IMG/VR virus record: IMGVR_UViG_3300042453_005121
Location: 64,001-128,000 of that record
Origin: a virus
Length of the DNA: 64,000 nucleotides
Direction: 5' to 3' (one strand)
The position numbers and the translations under genes were made by a program. This document shows positions 9,754 to 19,222 of the stretch, piece by piece; the stretch's first letter is position 1, and each line of letters starts with the position of its first letter. The notes beneath the pieces are model-generated. The model did no database searches and was not told where the DNA came from. It worked only from the letters and a program-made list of their open reading frames with translations.

Positions 9754-10284
9754 TTAATTTTGATTGTCAAACATGGGCTTTCCATTCTTGAATGAAGAAT
9801 TACCCTCAAGCATTTGTATATGGTTTAGGTACTTCTTTTTTAGTTCATTGTAATTCCTTGCAGTCCTATAGAGTTGCCTGAAATGATTCAATATACACGT
9901 GGTCATGTAGTTGAATGCCTTGCCCTTTCGGGAATCAAATCGGTCTATTTTGTCAAAGCATATCATCACACCTTCCTGAACGGCGTCATCCGTGTCTATG
10001 AGTTGAAATTTGGCATACCTGACTATGTTCTCCGAAAGGGTGAAGAAGGCCACCGCCAGCTTGCTTTTTGATTCGTCGTGGTCTTGGGACGCAAGGGCGA
10101 GGAGAGACTCTTTTTCTTTCAATCTTGATTTGTCATTGGACGCGGGCACTTTTCTTATTTTCTTGCGAGATATGGTTTCGGATATCTCGCTCATCAAAAT
10201 ATCAAGCCTCACCTTGCTTTTCTTTGAATCTTGGAACTGATTTATTATTTTCTCAAAAACCTTGTTGTTCAGATACTCGTTCAC
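9754..10284 (-). CDS. late-transcription sigma factor, T4 gp55-like (region 2 only)
   Basis: MNEYLNNK N-terminus; DDAVQEGVMICFDKIDRFDSRKGKAFNYMTTCILNHFRQ. Confidence 0.8.
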   Translation of the reverse strand: MNEYLNNKVFEKIINQFQDSKKSKVRLDILMSEISETISRKKIRKVPASNDKSRLKEKESLLALASQDHDESKSKLAVAFFTLSENIVRYAKFQLIDTDDAVQEGVMICFDKIDRFDSRKGKAFNYMTTCILNHFRQLYRTARNYNELKKKYLNHIQMLEGNSSFKNGKPMFDNQN

Positions 10285-11151
10285 TTAAACCGCCTTTTTG
10301 TTTTCGTTCTTCCATGAACGTATTCTTTCCTCGGCTTCGGCCTTTGACTCGTCAAACCATTTCTTGGCGGTTTCGTAGTAGGCCGGAGCGTACAGCATTC
10401 CGAGGCTGATGCTTCTGGAATGGTCTATATTTTCATCTTTGTTTCTTTGGAAGTTTTTTTCTCTTCCTATTATTTTAGTTCTTATTTCGTTTTGTCTCAG
10501 TATCAAATTTCCCAATATTTCTGTGTCGGGCCAATTGGGTCTGTCGGGGTGGGGCTCCTGATTTTCCAATCCATATATAGCCGTGAGCCTCCTCATGCTC
10601 CATCCGAATCCGATTTGATCAAGAGTTCGCAGGTGATACATGGTGGCCGTATGGCTGATCATTCCTCTCCAATCGTCGTGCTGTCTGGGGCTCATCTCGT
10701 AGCCCACGACTGGGTATTTTTCGGGCTCATCGCCACAGATTGACAGTAGATTTTCCAAGAAGTTTCTGCGCATCAGAAAAACATCAGAATGGGTCGCGAA
10801 CATGTATTTGGTGCGACAAAGGCTCTGGGCTAGGTCCATGGCCATGCACACGGTATCGGAGGGATGGAGGGTTCCGTTTACCCTTATGGAATGGACCTCC
10901 AAATCTTCGTCGTGCATTGACATGATCTTTTTCAGATTTTCGGCACGACTTCCTGTGTCTACGACGATTATGTAGGGTCTTACCGTCTGGAGCCTTAATA
11001 TTTCCACGCACAACTTCAGCGAATCATGCGTGTCTATCACCGGTATGACCGCGGTTACGTCGTATTCCCACGGTTTTTTTCGGCATTCGCCCCGCCATGG
11101 CGCATCATTTACGTCCCTGTTCCTTAGTGGGGCCAATTTTTTGAAACTCAT
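10285..11151 (-). CDS. GT-A fold glycosyltransferase (GT2-like)
   Basis: VTAVIPV, IIVVDTGS, ATHSDVF. Confidence 0.75.
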   Translation of the reverse strand: MSFKKLAPLRNRDVNDAPWRGECRKKPWEYDVTAVIPVIDTHDSLKLCVEILRLQTVRPYIIVVDTGSRAENLKKIMSMHDEDLEVHSIRVNGTLHPSDTVCMAMDLAQSLCRTKYMFATHSDVFLMRRNFLENLLSICGDEPEKYPVVGYEMSPRQHDDWRGMISHTATMYHLRTLDQIGFGWSMRRLTAIYGLENQEPHPDRPNWPDTEILGNLILRQNEIRTKIIGREKNFQRNKDENIDHSRSISLGMLYAPAYYETAKKWFDESKAEAEERIRSWKNENKKAV

Positions 11152-11196
11152 CGCTCATCTATACTAGCGTGGTTTTTAACTTTTGAAGGAGAAATC

Positions 11197-11415
11197 ATGG
11201 ATTTAAAGCACACTACGATAACGGTTGACGGAAGATGCCTAGACCTTTTGATGACAGATGATGAAATAGCGACATGCTTCGAGCGTTCGTTGGCTGAGCA
11301 CAATCAGAAATACATGGACCAGAACAAGTGTTGTGCTTGTTGGCCCGTGAACAAGCCGCCGGAATGTCCTTTCTGGAGAAGGATTCTCGGTATATGCCAG
11401 AATTGCGATCAATAG
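11197..11415 (+). CDS. small Cys-rich hypothetical protein
   Basis: AAGGAG RBS; CCAC and CxxC clusters. Confidence 0.6.
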   Translation: MDLKHTTITVDGRCLDLLMTDDEIATCFERSLAEHNQKYMDQNKCCACWPVNKPPECPFWRRILGICQNCDQ

Positions 11416-11594
11416 AATGGGATGATTGTCTGAGGGCTTTTTCTTTGATAATAGAGAATCCTATGGCGGAGAAGGGATACTCAGATTTGAAGAATTTCTA
11501 TTTGAAATTTGGAATGAATCAAAACGCCGAAACTATTGGGTTTTTGACAAAGAATAGATTCTATGATCACGATCCAGATTTTGGTTCGAAATGA
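11394..11594 (+). CDS. hypothetical protein
   Basis: Fills the gap between neighbours; ATG 11394. Confidence 0.45.
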   Translation: MPELRSIEWDDCLRAFSLIIENPMAEKGYSDLKNFYLKFGMNQNAETIGFLTKNRFYDHDPDFGSK

Positions 11595-12498
11595 CGAGAA
11601 TACGATACGGGCGGCACTTGAATCGCTTGGGTCCTTGGATGCCAGGATTGTGGTCGGAGATTTGGGCAGCAGAGACGGCACTTTGAGCATATGCAGGTCC
11701 TTCGGTGCAGATGTCGTAAAGCCCAGATGGGACAACGACTATTCAAAAATAAGAAATGAATTGGCTTCGGACGGACTCAACATGTACCTAGATCCTTGGG
11801 AGGTGCTCGCCAAGGGTCACGAACTCATCGCCGGCATAGAGGCCAATTCTGCCGTTTATGTGGTGAGAAATGGAATGGTTTCCAAGGAAATACGCCTGTG
11901 GGCGGGTTCGTCTTTTGTGAATCCCGTTTACGAAACGATAGTGGACAAGGACGCCCAATGCTTTCCGGGGATAGCGGTGATCGGAGGACCCGGACCAGAC
12001 TTGAGGGAGGAAAGATCGCGTATCGTCGCAGATTGGATGCAAAGAAATCCGACTTCTCCCGAGCCTTACTATTACACAGCGATTTCAAGGCTTGAGAACA
12101 GGAAGTACGAGGATTTCTGCGCTTTCGCGAGGCAGTATCTCGCCATGGAAAAAAACGCGGGCGCCACGGCGGTGATGCTTTATTACCACATCGCCCAGAT
12201 AGAACTTCACACCGGCGACTTGGGCTCCGCAGTGAATCAACTTCTTAGGTGCCTTTCTCTTCATCCGGACATGGCCGAGTTCTGGTGTTTGCTCGGGGAC
12301 ATGCTTTACAAGGTCCAGAAGTACGAGAATGCCGCCGCAATGTATGAAAACGCGATGATTTTGGGAAAAAGAAGGAGAGGAGACGATCCTTATCCGGTGG
12401 ATGTGGCCAAATACGGAGTGTATCCTTCCAAGATGATACAAAACATAAAAAATTTGCTTGATGACACGGGATTAATTATCTCAAAATCAGACGCCTAG
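11563..12498 (+). CDS. GT2-like glycosyltransferase with C-terminal TPR repeats
   Basis: ITIQILVRNDE, IVVGDLGSRDGT, WDNDYSKIRN; TPR-like AEFWCLLGDMLY...A..MYENA. Confidence 0.75.
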   Translation: MITIQILVRNDENTIRAALESLGSLDARIVVGDLGSRDGTLSICRSFGADVVKPRWDNDYSKIRNELASDGLNMYLDPWEVLAKGHELIAGIEANSAVYVVRNGMVSKEIRLWAGSSFVNPVYETIVDKDAQCFPGIAVIGGPGPDLREERSRIVADWMQRNPTSPEPYYYTAISRLENRKYEDFCAFARQYLAMEKNAGATAVMLYYHIAQIELHTGDLGSAVNQLLRCLSLHPDMAEFWCLLGDMLYKVQKYENAAAMYENAMILGKRRRGDDPYPVDVAKYGVYPSKMIQNIKNLLDDTGLIISKSDA

Positions 12499-12536
12499 AT
12501 ACTTGTAGGGACTTTTGTTTCGACAAGGAGGGATCG

Positions 12537-12794
12537 TTGGCAAGATTCAAGGTTCTTGTTAAATACGGGCATTCGTCTGAGGAGATTTGGGAGATAGAAG
12601 CCGAGAACAGGTCTCTGGCGGGGTTGCGGTGCGAGGAAATCAAAGAGGAAAACCGCAAACTCGTGGAGAAGTGCGAGAAGAACGGAGTTTTCGTGGGAAA
12701 GAAAATAAAGGAATGCGTGCTGTGCAGAATGGAACTTAAGGACGACCTTCAGGTGTGTAACGGAATATTGAACGGACTAGAAAACTATGTCTAG
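12537..12794 (+). CDS. hypothetical protein
   Basis: AAGGAGG RBS before TTG. Confidence 0.55.
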   Translation: MARFKVLVKYGHSSEEIWEIEAENRSLAGLRCEEIKEENRKLVEKCEKNGVFVGKKIKECVLCRMELKDDLQVCNGILNGLENYV

Positions 12795-13166
12795 ATCGTT
12801 GACTACCACGGTAACCTGATCCTCCCACCTGGCCACGTCCAATTGTTTTCGTCCGGGTCCGAGTTTACTTAATCTCTTTTCCAGTTCGTCCACATGACAA
12901 TTGATCACGGACCAATTGTTCTCGGCCAACTTCCTGAGTTCGTCGTCGTGATCGGGAACTTCCAATTCAGGATAGTACTTGCCGATTTGCTCCCTGCATT
13001 CCTTGACTATTTTCCTGTAGAGCGGGACGTGACACGCACATCCGGGATTGTTCAAGAATTCGTCTATTTCCTTGTCCATATCCTTTGGTAGGGTCATTCT
13101 GAACCTGGAGTCCTTGAGTGCCCTCTTCACGTCGTTAAGCGTTATCTTTTTTGATTCTTTGCTCAT
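12777..13166 (-). CDS. hypothetical protein
   Basis: Member of a coupled minus-strand operon. Confidence 0.65.
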   Translation of the reverse strand: MSKESKKITLNDVKRALKDSRFRMTLPKDMDKEIDEFLNNPGCACHVPLYRKIVKECREQIGKYYPELEVPDHDDELRKLAENNWSVINCHVDELEKRLSKLGPGRKQLDVARWEDQVTVVVNDLDIVF

Positions 13167-13447
13167 TGTTCTTCCCTCTTAAATTCCTTTTGAAATTTTA
13201 TGTTCTCTTCTATCCATTTTCTGCTCTCTTCCTTGAGTCTCTCCCCTTCTTTTTTCCTATTCTGTTCTTCCTGTGGGTCTGATGTCTTTCGAGGTACGAC
13301 TGCTCGGCCACATCTTGGACATCTGAACTTGCGGGGGCCCATGGAGTCGTTCTTCAATTCATGAAGAGCAACGTCAGAAAGGTCGGAAACAAGTTTCCAA
13401 CTGCAGGACTGGCACAAAAGTATGTGTTTGTCAGGCATCTTCTTCAA
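13163..13447 (-). CDS. zinc-ribbon protein
   Basis: CQSC...CPRCG. Confidence 0.6.
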   Translation of the reverse strand: MKKMPDKHILLCQSCSWKLVSDLSDVALHELKNDSMGPRKFRCPRCGRAVVPRKTSDPQEEQNRKKEGERLKEESRKWIEENIKFQKEFKREEQ

Positions 13448-13763
13448 CGCTTATGATGCTCTTGGCCTCTAGATAGTTCATGTACGTAGCCGAGAAGGTG
13501 GCCAAGAAACTTCCCGCCATGCCGCACAGGAACACTACCTCTGGCTTGTGGCTGACAAGAATGTAGCCGCAGAGAAATCCGACCCACGTGCCCGAGCACT
13601 GATAGCATGACACGAGTTTGTCCAACCACTTGGGCATTCTTTTCTCTATGAAGTTCCTTACGGGCTGCATTATTGTGGCGGGGTCCACAATTATATTGGT
13701 GAGTCCTATCACCGAAATACAGAATAAAAGCAGGGAAAAGGGCGGTATGTCCGACATCGTCAT
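13431..13763 (-). CDS. DUF1360-like membrane protein
   Basis: Hydrophobic helices with LVSCYQCSGTW (CxxCxxxW). Confidence 0.6.
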   Translation of the reverse strand: MTMSDIPPFSLLLFCISVIGLTNIIVDPATIMQPVRNFIEKRMPKWLDKLVSCYQCSGTWVGFLCGYILVSHKPEVVFLCGMAGSFLATFSATYMNYLEAKSIISVEEDA

Positions 13764-14119
13764 CTCCAAAATGTTATGTGTATGTCTTCCTTGGTGCGGT
13801 AACAGCTGAATCCCGTATAAATCTCAGCGTCTTCCAAGTCAGGTTCTTCGCTCACCTTGAAAGATTTGTTGGCGACAAGGTGTCTGTCTATCTTATCAAT
13901 AGTCACTTGAGTTCCGAAGTACTCGGAGAGTGAATCTTCGTGGGTTTCCTTGGCGTTTCTGAGGAAGTCCAGAACGGATTTCCTGCCCAGTGCTCTGAGC
14001 ATGGGCGTCATCATACTCATCCTCCACTGGTCGCGGAGGTGTATCAGTTCTGGCATTTTCTTCCATACTTCCTTGTTTTCAAATACCAGTTCTTCGACGT
14101 TTTGAATGTTTATTCTCAT
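13760..14119 (-). CDS. hypothetical protein
   Basis: 119-aa ORF, ATGA-coupled to the next gene. Confidence 0.6.
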   Translation of the reverse strand: MRINIQNVEELVFENKEVWKKMPELIHLRDQWRMSMMTPMLRALGRKSVLDFLRNAKETHEDSLSEYFGTQVTIDKIDRHLVANKSFKVSEEPDLEDAEIYTGFSCYRTKEDIHITFWR

Positions 14120-14208
14120 GGGTTTTGAATTAGATTAGATCGCATCCAAGTTTTTTAAATGGAAATACTATTGTACTTGAGGCATCAAAAAATCCAAAAG
14201 GAGATCAA

Positions 14209-15297
14209 ATGGCAGATGAGACTTTCAGGCCGCAGAAGAGGCCGGTTTCGCAGGAAGACGTGCAGGACAATGGACAGAATGCTTCGGAGCAACTCGCGAG
14301 CATGGCGGCGTTCCGCCAGAGGGCCGCGGAAGAGGGCGGCGAAGAATTCGCGAATCCCGAGGGTGAATCCGGGGTCAAGATAACGGGTAAGGTTCCGGAG
14401 GGGTTCAAGAAAGCTCTCGCCCAGAACAAGATGCAAAAAAACAACCAAACCAGACCTGCCGAAATGCGGGTGACCGGGAGCAGCAAGTTAGAAGAGCTGA
14501 TCGCCGGTATCGGCGCCAAGGGCAGCATGGTGTACGAAAGGGTGGAATTGCCTTCCAAGGGAAAGTTTTACAACGGCGAGGACGGACCGTCGGACGGAAT
14601 CGTGCACCTGCGTCCCATGACGGGAGAGGAAGAGGAGATTCTCGCCACTCCTAGGTTCGTGCGCAAGGGACAAGCCATCAATATGATCTTCAACAGATGT
14701 ATGAAGGAGAACTTTGACAGTTCTAACTTCCTGACACAGGACAGGACCTACATGCTGATTTATCTGCGTGGTATTTCCTACACGCCCGATTACGACGTTG
14801 AGGTCAGGGACCCAGAGAGCGATCAGACGTTCGCCACGACGATAAACCTCAATGATCTTTATGTGGATTATTGCGGATCGGATTTCGGAGCGGATAATCT
14901 GACGGACGTTCTGCCCACGACCGGATATAATTTCCGGTACAGGTTGGCGGTCGGAAGGGACGAACAGGATATTCAGGAGTATCGTGAGCGTAGGGCGAAG
15001 AACTTTGACCTGAGCGGTCAGGCTGACGACACGCTACTCTACAGAACGGCACACCTCATAGAGGAAATAGAGGGTCTGGGCGACAAGACTGAAATACAGA
15101 CATTGCTCAAGAAACTCCCGATCCAGGACGTGGCATACCTAAGGACCGTGGTGAATGAGCCTCCGTTCGGGGTGGACACGAAGATCAGCATCACCAACCC
15201 ATACACGCTCAGGGACTTTGAGATTGAGCTTCCGTTGGAGTCAAATTTTTTCTTCCCACGGGCAAAAAGGAAGAAGACGTCGAAAACTCAAGCCTAG
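14209..15297 (+). CDS. baseplate hub / tail assembly chaperone (T4 gp26-like family)
   Basis: VELPSKGKFY, LRPMTGEEEEIL, DRTYMLIYLRGISY, C-terminal LESNFFFP; AAGGAG RBS. Confidence 0.65.
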   Translation: MADETFRPQKRPVSQEDVQDNGQNASEQLASMAAFRQRAAEEGGEEFANPEGESGVKITGKVPEGFKKALAQNKMQKNNQTRPAEMRVTGSSKLEELIAGIGAKGSMVYERVELPSKGKFYNGEDGPSDGIVHLRPMTGEEEEILATPRFVRKGQAINMIFNRCMKENFDSSNFLTQDRTYMLIYLRGISYTPDYDVEVRDPESDQTFATTINLNDLYVDYCGSDFGADNLTDVLPTTGYNFRYRLAVGRDEQDIQEYRERRAKNFDLSGQADDTLLYRTAHLIEEIEGLGDKTEIQTLLKKLPIQDVAYLRTVVNEPPFGVDTKISITNPYTLRDFEIELPLESNFFFPRAKRKKTSKTQA

Positions 15298-15299
15298 AG

Positions 15300-15482
15300 T
15301 TGTGGAAGAATCTCATGGAGGAGATGTTCTTCTTCATGTACCACCTCAGGCAGAACAGAGAGTCGTTCCTTGCTTTGCCCATAAATGAGAGAAAATGGAT
15401 CATCAGCAGGTTCATAGAACAGAAGGACAAAGAGAATAAGGCAATGGAGGATGCCAGGAGAAAGGCGAAGAGTAAGAAGTAA
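15300..15482 (+). CDS. small gp51-like tail/baseplate assembly protein, possibly a frameshift extension of 14209..15297
   Basis: EEMFFFMYHL...LPINERKWIISRF. The frame is open from 15228, in the -1 frame of the upstream gene. Confidence 0.6.
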   Translation: MWKNLMEEMFFFMYHLRQNRESFLALPINERKWIISRFIEQKDKENKAMEDARRKAKSKK

Positions 15483-15484
15483 CC

Positions 15485-16234
15485 ATGTCGCAGAAAGAAA
15501 GAAACCAGAATCCTGTCGTCGGGGACGTGCTCAACCTGCGTTTGTTCACCTACAACGCCAACCAAAGGCAGGCGGTGGACGACGTGGAAAAGGTAGAGAT
15601 ATACAGGCTGGACCCTACGTGTGTCACGGAGGACAATAAGGAGGGAAGGAGCCTTGTGGCCACCGTGGATGGTGGCGATGTTGAAATTGTCTCGGACCCT
15701 TTCGGAGGCCACTACAAGGTGTCCGTGGAACTGGAGTCGGAGTCCTACACCATAGGCAAGTATGTTGATGTCTGGAGTGTGAGGTTCAGTGCAAATCAAT
15801 CAGGCTCAATAACAAACGGATTTCGCATTCTTCCTGAGTTGTGGTATGCGGACTCCATGCCCGTGGTCTATGACTTCAGTTTTGGATTCAGGCCTAACAG
15901 GGTGAGGAAAGGGGAGCGGAGATGGCTCACAATTGACGTGATCCCGAACGTGCCCGGAGCGTCCGACATGGAGAGGTACTACTCCAACCTTGCTCTCGCG
16001 AGTCCGGTGAAGATATTTGTTGAGAAACTCTGTGGGGACTGCGTACCCAAGGAGAAAGACCTCCGAATGGTTGTGGAAGGAGGGGATGTGGAGCATCGGC
16101 ATGACTCCGAGGGCTATTTCTTTCTGGACACAGGGGAACTCGAGATGGATTGTGGAATTTATAATGTGTGGTTTGAGTTGGAGTTCGGAGAAAACAAGTT
16201 TATCTCCGACAACCTCCAGTTGCAGGTCTTCTGA
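15485..16234 (+). CDS. hypothetical protein, probably structural
   Basis: 249-aa beta-rich ORF in the tail-assembly operon. Confidence 0.65.
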   Translation: MSQKERNQNPVVGDVLNLRLFTYNANQRQAVDDVEKVEIYRLDPTCVTEDNKEGRSLVATVDGGDVEIVSDPFGGHYKVSVELESESYTIGKYVDVWSVRFSANQSGSITNGFRILPELWYADSMPVVYDFSFGFRPNRVRKGERRWLTIDVIPNVPGASDMERYYSNLALASPVKIFVEKLCGDCVPKEKDLRMVVEGGDVEHRHDSEGYFFLDTGELEMDCGIYNVWFELEFGENKFISDNLQLQVF

Positions 16235-16313
16235 ATACCTTTCTTCAGCAAATTTCCCATATTGCCCTCCGTGCATGCGGACGAATTCTCTCTGAGTCCA
16301 AGAGCGATACGCC

Positions 16314-16389
16314 AAAAATAGCGGAAAAAACCGAGTTTGCTAAAAATTTGCTTCGGTGCGGTTGACATTACGCACGGGCGACGTACAAC
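16314..16389 (+). promoter_or_regulatory. sigma70-type early promoter (TTGACA 16362-16367, TACAAC 16384-16389) with upstream A-tracts
   Basis: Perfect -35 box; A5-6 tracts at 16314, 16325 and 16342; precedes an AAGGAG RBS. Confidence 0.55.
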
Positions 16390-16431
16390 CTTTTAGTAGA
16401 CCGAGTTCGCCTGTTCGCAAGGAGAAGCAAA

Positions 16432-17445
16432 ATGAATACGTCGGTGGACCTGAAGTCCCAGCGTCAGTCAATCCTCTCGCAACTTGAGGAGATGGGCTTT
16501 TCTTCGGAAGACATAACCGGAAAGCGGCACTTCATCCCAAAGCCTGCGGAGGTTGCGAGCGAGAGGAAGGCCGTTGAAGACAACGAGTCCAGTGCCCTGC
16601 AGAACCAACGGCTTTATGTCGCCCAAGCGAGAAAGAGCGGCAAGCCTTGGTTCCACCATCCGAAGCAAAAGCACCAGTACAGCGAATTTGTTCTGGTCAC
16701 GCCCGAAATGGCCAAAAGCCTTTTGGAGCACAACCGCAATCCACGGAAAAAGATCATGCAGGCCGTGGTTGATCGTTATCGCTCCGACATGGCTGCCGGA
16801 GAATGGAATGACAACAGTTCTGCGGTTGCCATTGACTACAACGGCCACATGCACAACGGTCAGCACCGCATTTCCGCGATCGTCCAACTTGGAAAGCCTC
16901 AGAGGCTCTGGTTTACCTTCCAGACGCTCGTGAGTGCGAGAGAAGACGAGGATATGGGGGCACCTAGGAAGCCAGCGGTGCAGATTGAGCAGAAACTGCA
17001 CAACAGGATCGGAAACAAGCTTCCGGCCGTATGCAGGTCTGCCATGCGAGGGGTTTCGGGCTCCACAAAGAGGATTTCTTCGGCCCAGTTGGCTGACTTT
17101 GCTGAACTTTACGGAGCCGAGATTGAGTGGCTTGAGCGGACTTGTCCGACGTACCGGAGCGACATTCTTGGGGCATTCCTCAAGTCCGTGCTCTGGTACG
17201 GGGCAGATAGGATGGAGCCGTTCCTGAAGCGTTTCGGCGATGTTTTGTTTGATAGCAAAGAGGACCCGGCTAGGCTCCTCCACGCAGTCGCGAAAGGAAG
17301 CGGCGGCAAGACGCGGATGAACCTCTACAAAAAGGCCCTCGCCGCGATTCATTACAACATAACGGGCAAGCGGGTCTCAAAGCTCGTTGAACGAGAGGTT
17401 GATATTTTTGAATGGGAGACCGGTTGGAAGGTTCCCTCACGCTGA
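16432..17445 (+). CDS. ParB/Srx-like N-terminal domain protein
   Basis: VTPEMAKSLL, Y-x-x-D-M-x-x-G-E-W, NGQHRISAI (DGQHR-type motif). Confidence 0.7.
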   Translation: MNTSVDLKSQRQSILSQLEEMGFSSEDITGKRHFIPKPAEVASERKAVEDNESSALQNQRLYVAQARKSGKPWFHHPKQKHQYSEFVLVTPEMAKSLLEHNRNPRKKIMQAVVDRYRSDMAAGEWNDNSSAVAIDYNGHMHNGQHRISAIVQLGKPQRLWFTFQTLVSAREDEDMGAPRKPAVQIEQKLHNRIGNKLPAVCRSAMRGVSGSTKRISSAQLADFAELYGAEIEWLERTCPTYRSDILGAFLKSVLWYGADRMEPFLKRFGDVLFDSKEDPARLLHAVAKGSGGKTRMNLYKKALAAIHYNITGKRVSKLVEREVDIFEWETGWKVPSR

Positions 17446-17458
17446 ACTGGAGGACAAG

Positions 17459-19222
17459 ATGTCAGAAGCCCAAGAATTCCGGATATCCTTTGAAAACTTG
17501 TTCAGGCGGGCCGAAAAGAAAATAGCCGGACCCACCGTAGATCTCCTCCGGGTGATCCTGAAAAACGCCTGCCTGGACGAGGGCGAATGGGTGCTCAAAG
17601 ACTCCCGCAGGATCAAAAAGAAGGGTCGGGGAAAGTTCCATGCCATAAGGGTGGAATCTAGGTCTGGGGCTAAATCCGTCAGGGTGTGGTGCAAGCCCAG
17701 GGGCAACGATTCCTGTTTTGAATATTCGTTAGTTCCTCCTCATGAAATATCTGCCGAGGAGGTTTTCAAGATACTCGAAAGAGCCAATCCGGTTTCCTTG
17801 GAGGTTCCGGAGTCGCCCGCATTGCCCGGTGCTTTCCTGAGTCACGTCATTGACGTGCCGCCACACATCAACCCCCCGGAAAAAGTCAAGGTTTTTGAAG
17901 TCTCAGAAAACAGTTTCCAAGATGTTTCTGGGGAGGTTCCCATGGGCGAATCTCAAACTAAAGGAGCCGGGCACAATGTTATCCCCGGCATCGTGATGGC
18001 GATTGATTCGGACGAGGTTTTTGTCGCTTTGCCCAACGGCAACGCCGGCATTATAAAAAAGAGCGATTACGATCTCAAACAGCACATTACAAGGCACGAT
18101 CTGGCAGAAGAAGGCAGGGCGATTAGGGTCAGCATAAGTGGCTCGACCGCCAAAACCGGCCAGCCATTCAGGCTGGAGCTTGACGCCCGATACCTTGAGG
18201 ACGGACAATCTTCCGGCTGGACGGTTTCTGACCAGCAGATATTGGGGGAAATATGCGAGGAGTTCAATACGCCCGCAGAGAGAATCCAGGCGTGGAAAGA
18301 AAGGGCAGGGGGTGTTCCGAGGGGGGAGACGGCAGAAAGGCCGCCAGAGGCCCTCACAGAGGCCCCAGAGGGCTCATTTGCCTTCTCCATGGTTCTGGAC
18401 GAGCCTTGTTTGTTGTCAGATCAGGAGGTTATGGACAAGGCCTTAGTCGCCATGAGTTCGGCGGTCGATGAAAGCGGATACATCAAGAAGAACGACGCCT
18501 CCAATTCCATCATAGAAAAACTCGGGATCAGGAATTTTGTAGAGAACGTCAGTGGCGGCACCTACACTTCGGTGGAGGGTGCAATGAGGGCACTCACGAT
18601 GGCTCTTACAAACCGGGGACACTACATCCAAAGGATTCACTATCCTTCCGGCTTCAACGTCAGAGGCTATAAATTGACAGCCAAGGCCGAGAGGAGAATA
18701 AAGGCCCTCAAGGAAAAGTACATGGCAGAGGAGGGGCGGCCTACAACCAAGCTGGGGTCGGTCGGGACCACGGAGTTGCAGGACGCCGAAAACAAACCAA
18801 ATGCCAGCTCGGACGAGCTTCATTCGGAAGGCATGACTGCCCCAGAAATCAAAGCGGAACTTGAGCGATTTGATTCGAATGCTCTGGACCGTCTCCAATC
18901 GCTCATATCCGAGTGCAAGGAGGCCGAAAATCACATCAAGGAGGTTGACTCCGTAATCGCAAATCTTGAGTCCGAGATATCGGACCTCAAGATAGATTTA
19001 GAGGCCCTTGATCTGGCCGAGAAGGAAAGAGTAAGGCAGATGGAGGAATTGACTCGCGATATTGGGCGGATCAGATCCAAGAAGGAGCCGATCATCAAAT
19101 CCATAGAACAGAAGGTCCGCGATAGGGAAGAATGGGAAAGGGAGAAGGCCCCGGTCTTGTCCAAAAAATCAAAAGTTGAGATAGAAATTTTCGGCGTCAC
19201 TGGGCACAGGCGGGCGAACTGA
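17459..19222 (+). CDS. multidomain protein with S1-like OB fold and C-terminal coiled coil
   Basis: GGAGG RBS. GIVMAIDSDEVFVALPNGNAGIIKKSD resembles an S1 repeat; heptad-rich C-terminus. Confidence 0.6.
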   Translation: MSEAQEFRISFENLFRRAEKKIAGPTVDLLRVILKNACLDEGEWVLKDSRRIKKKGRGKFHAIRVESRSGAKSVRVWCKPRGNDSCFEYSLVPPHEISAEEVFKILERANPVSLEVPESPALPGAFLSHVIDVPPHINPPEKVKVFEVSENSFQDVSGEVPMGESQTKGAGHNVIPGIVMAIDSDEVFVALPNGNAGIIKKSDYDLKQHITRHDLAEEGRAIRVSISGSTAKTGQPFRLELDARYLEDGQSSGWTVSDQQILGEICEEFNTPAERIQAWKERAGGVPRGETAERPPEALTEAPEGSFAFSMVLDEPCLLSDQEVMDKALVAMSSAVDESGYIKKNDASNSIIEKLGIRNFVENVSGGTYTSVEGAMRALTMALTNRGHYIQRIHYPSGFNVRGYKLTAKAERRIKALKEKYMAEEGRPTTKLGSVGTTELQDAENKPNASSDELHSEGMTAPEIKAELERFDSNALDRLQSLISECKEAENHIKEVDSVIANLESEISDLKIDLEALDLAEKERVRQMEELTRDIGRIRSKKEPIIKSIEQKVRDREEWEREKAPVLSKKSKVEIEIFGVTGHRRAN

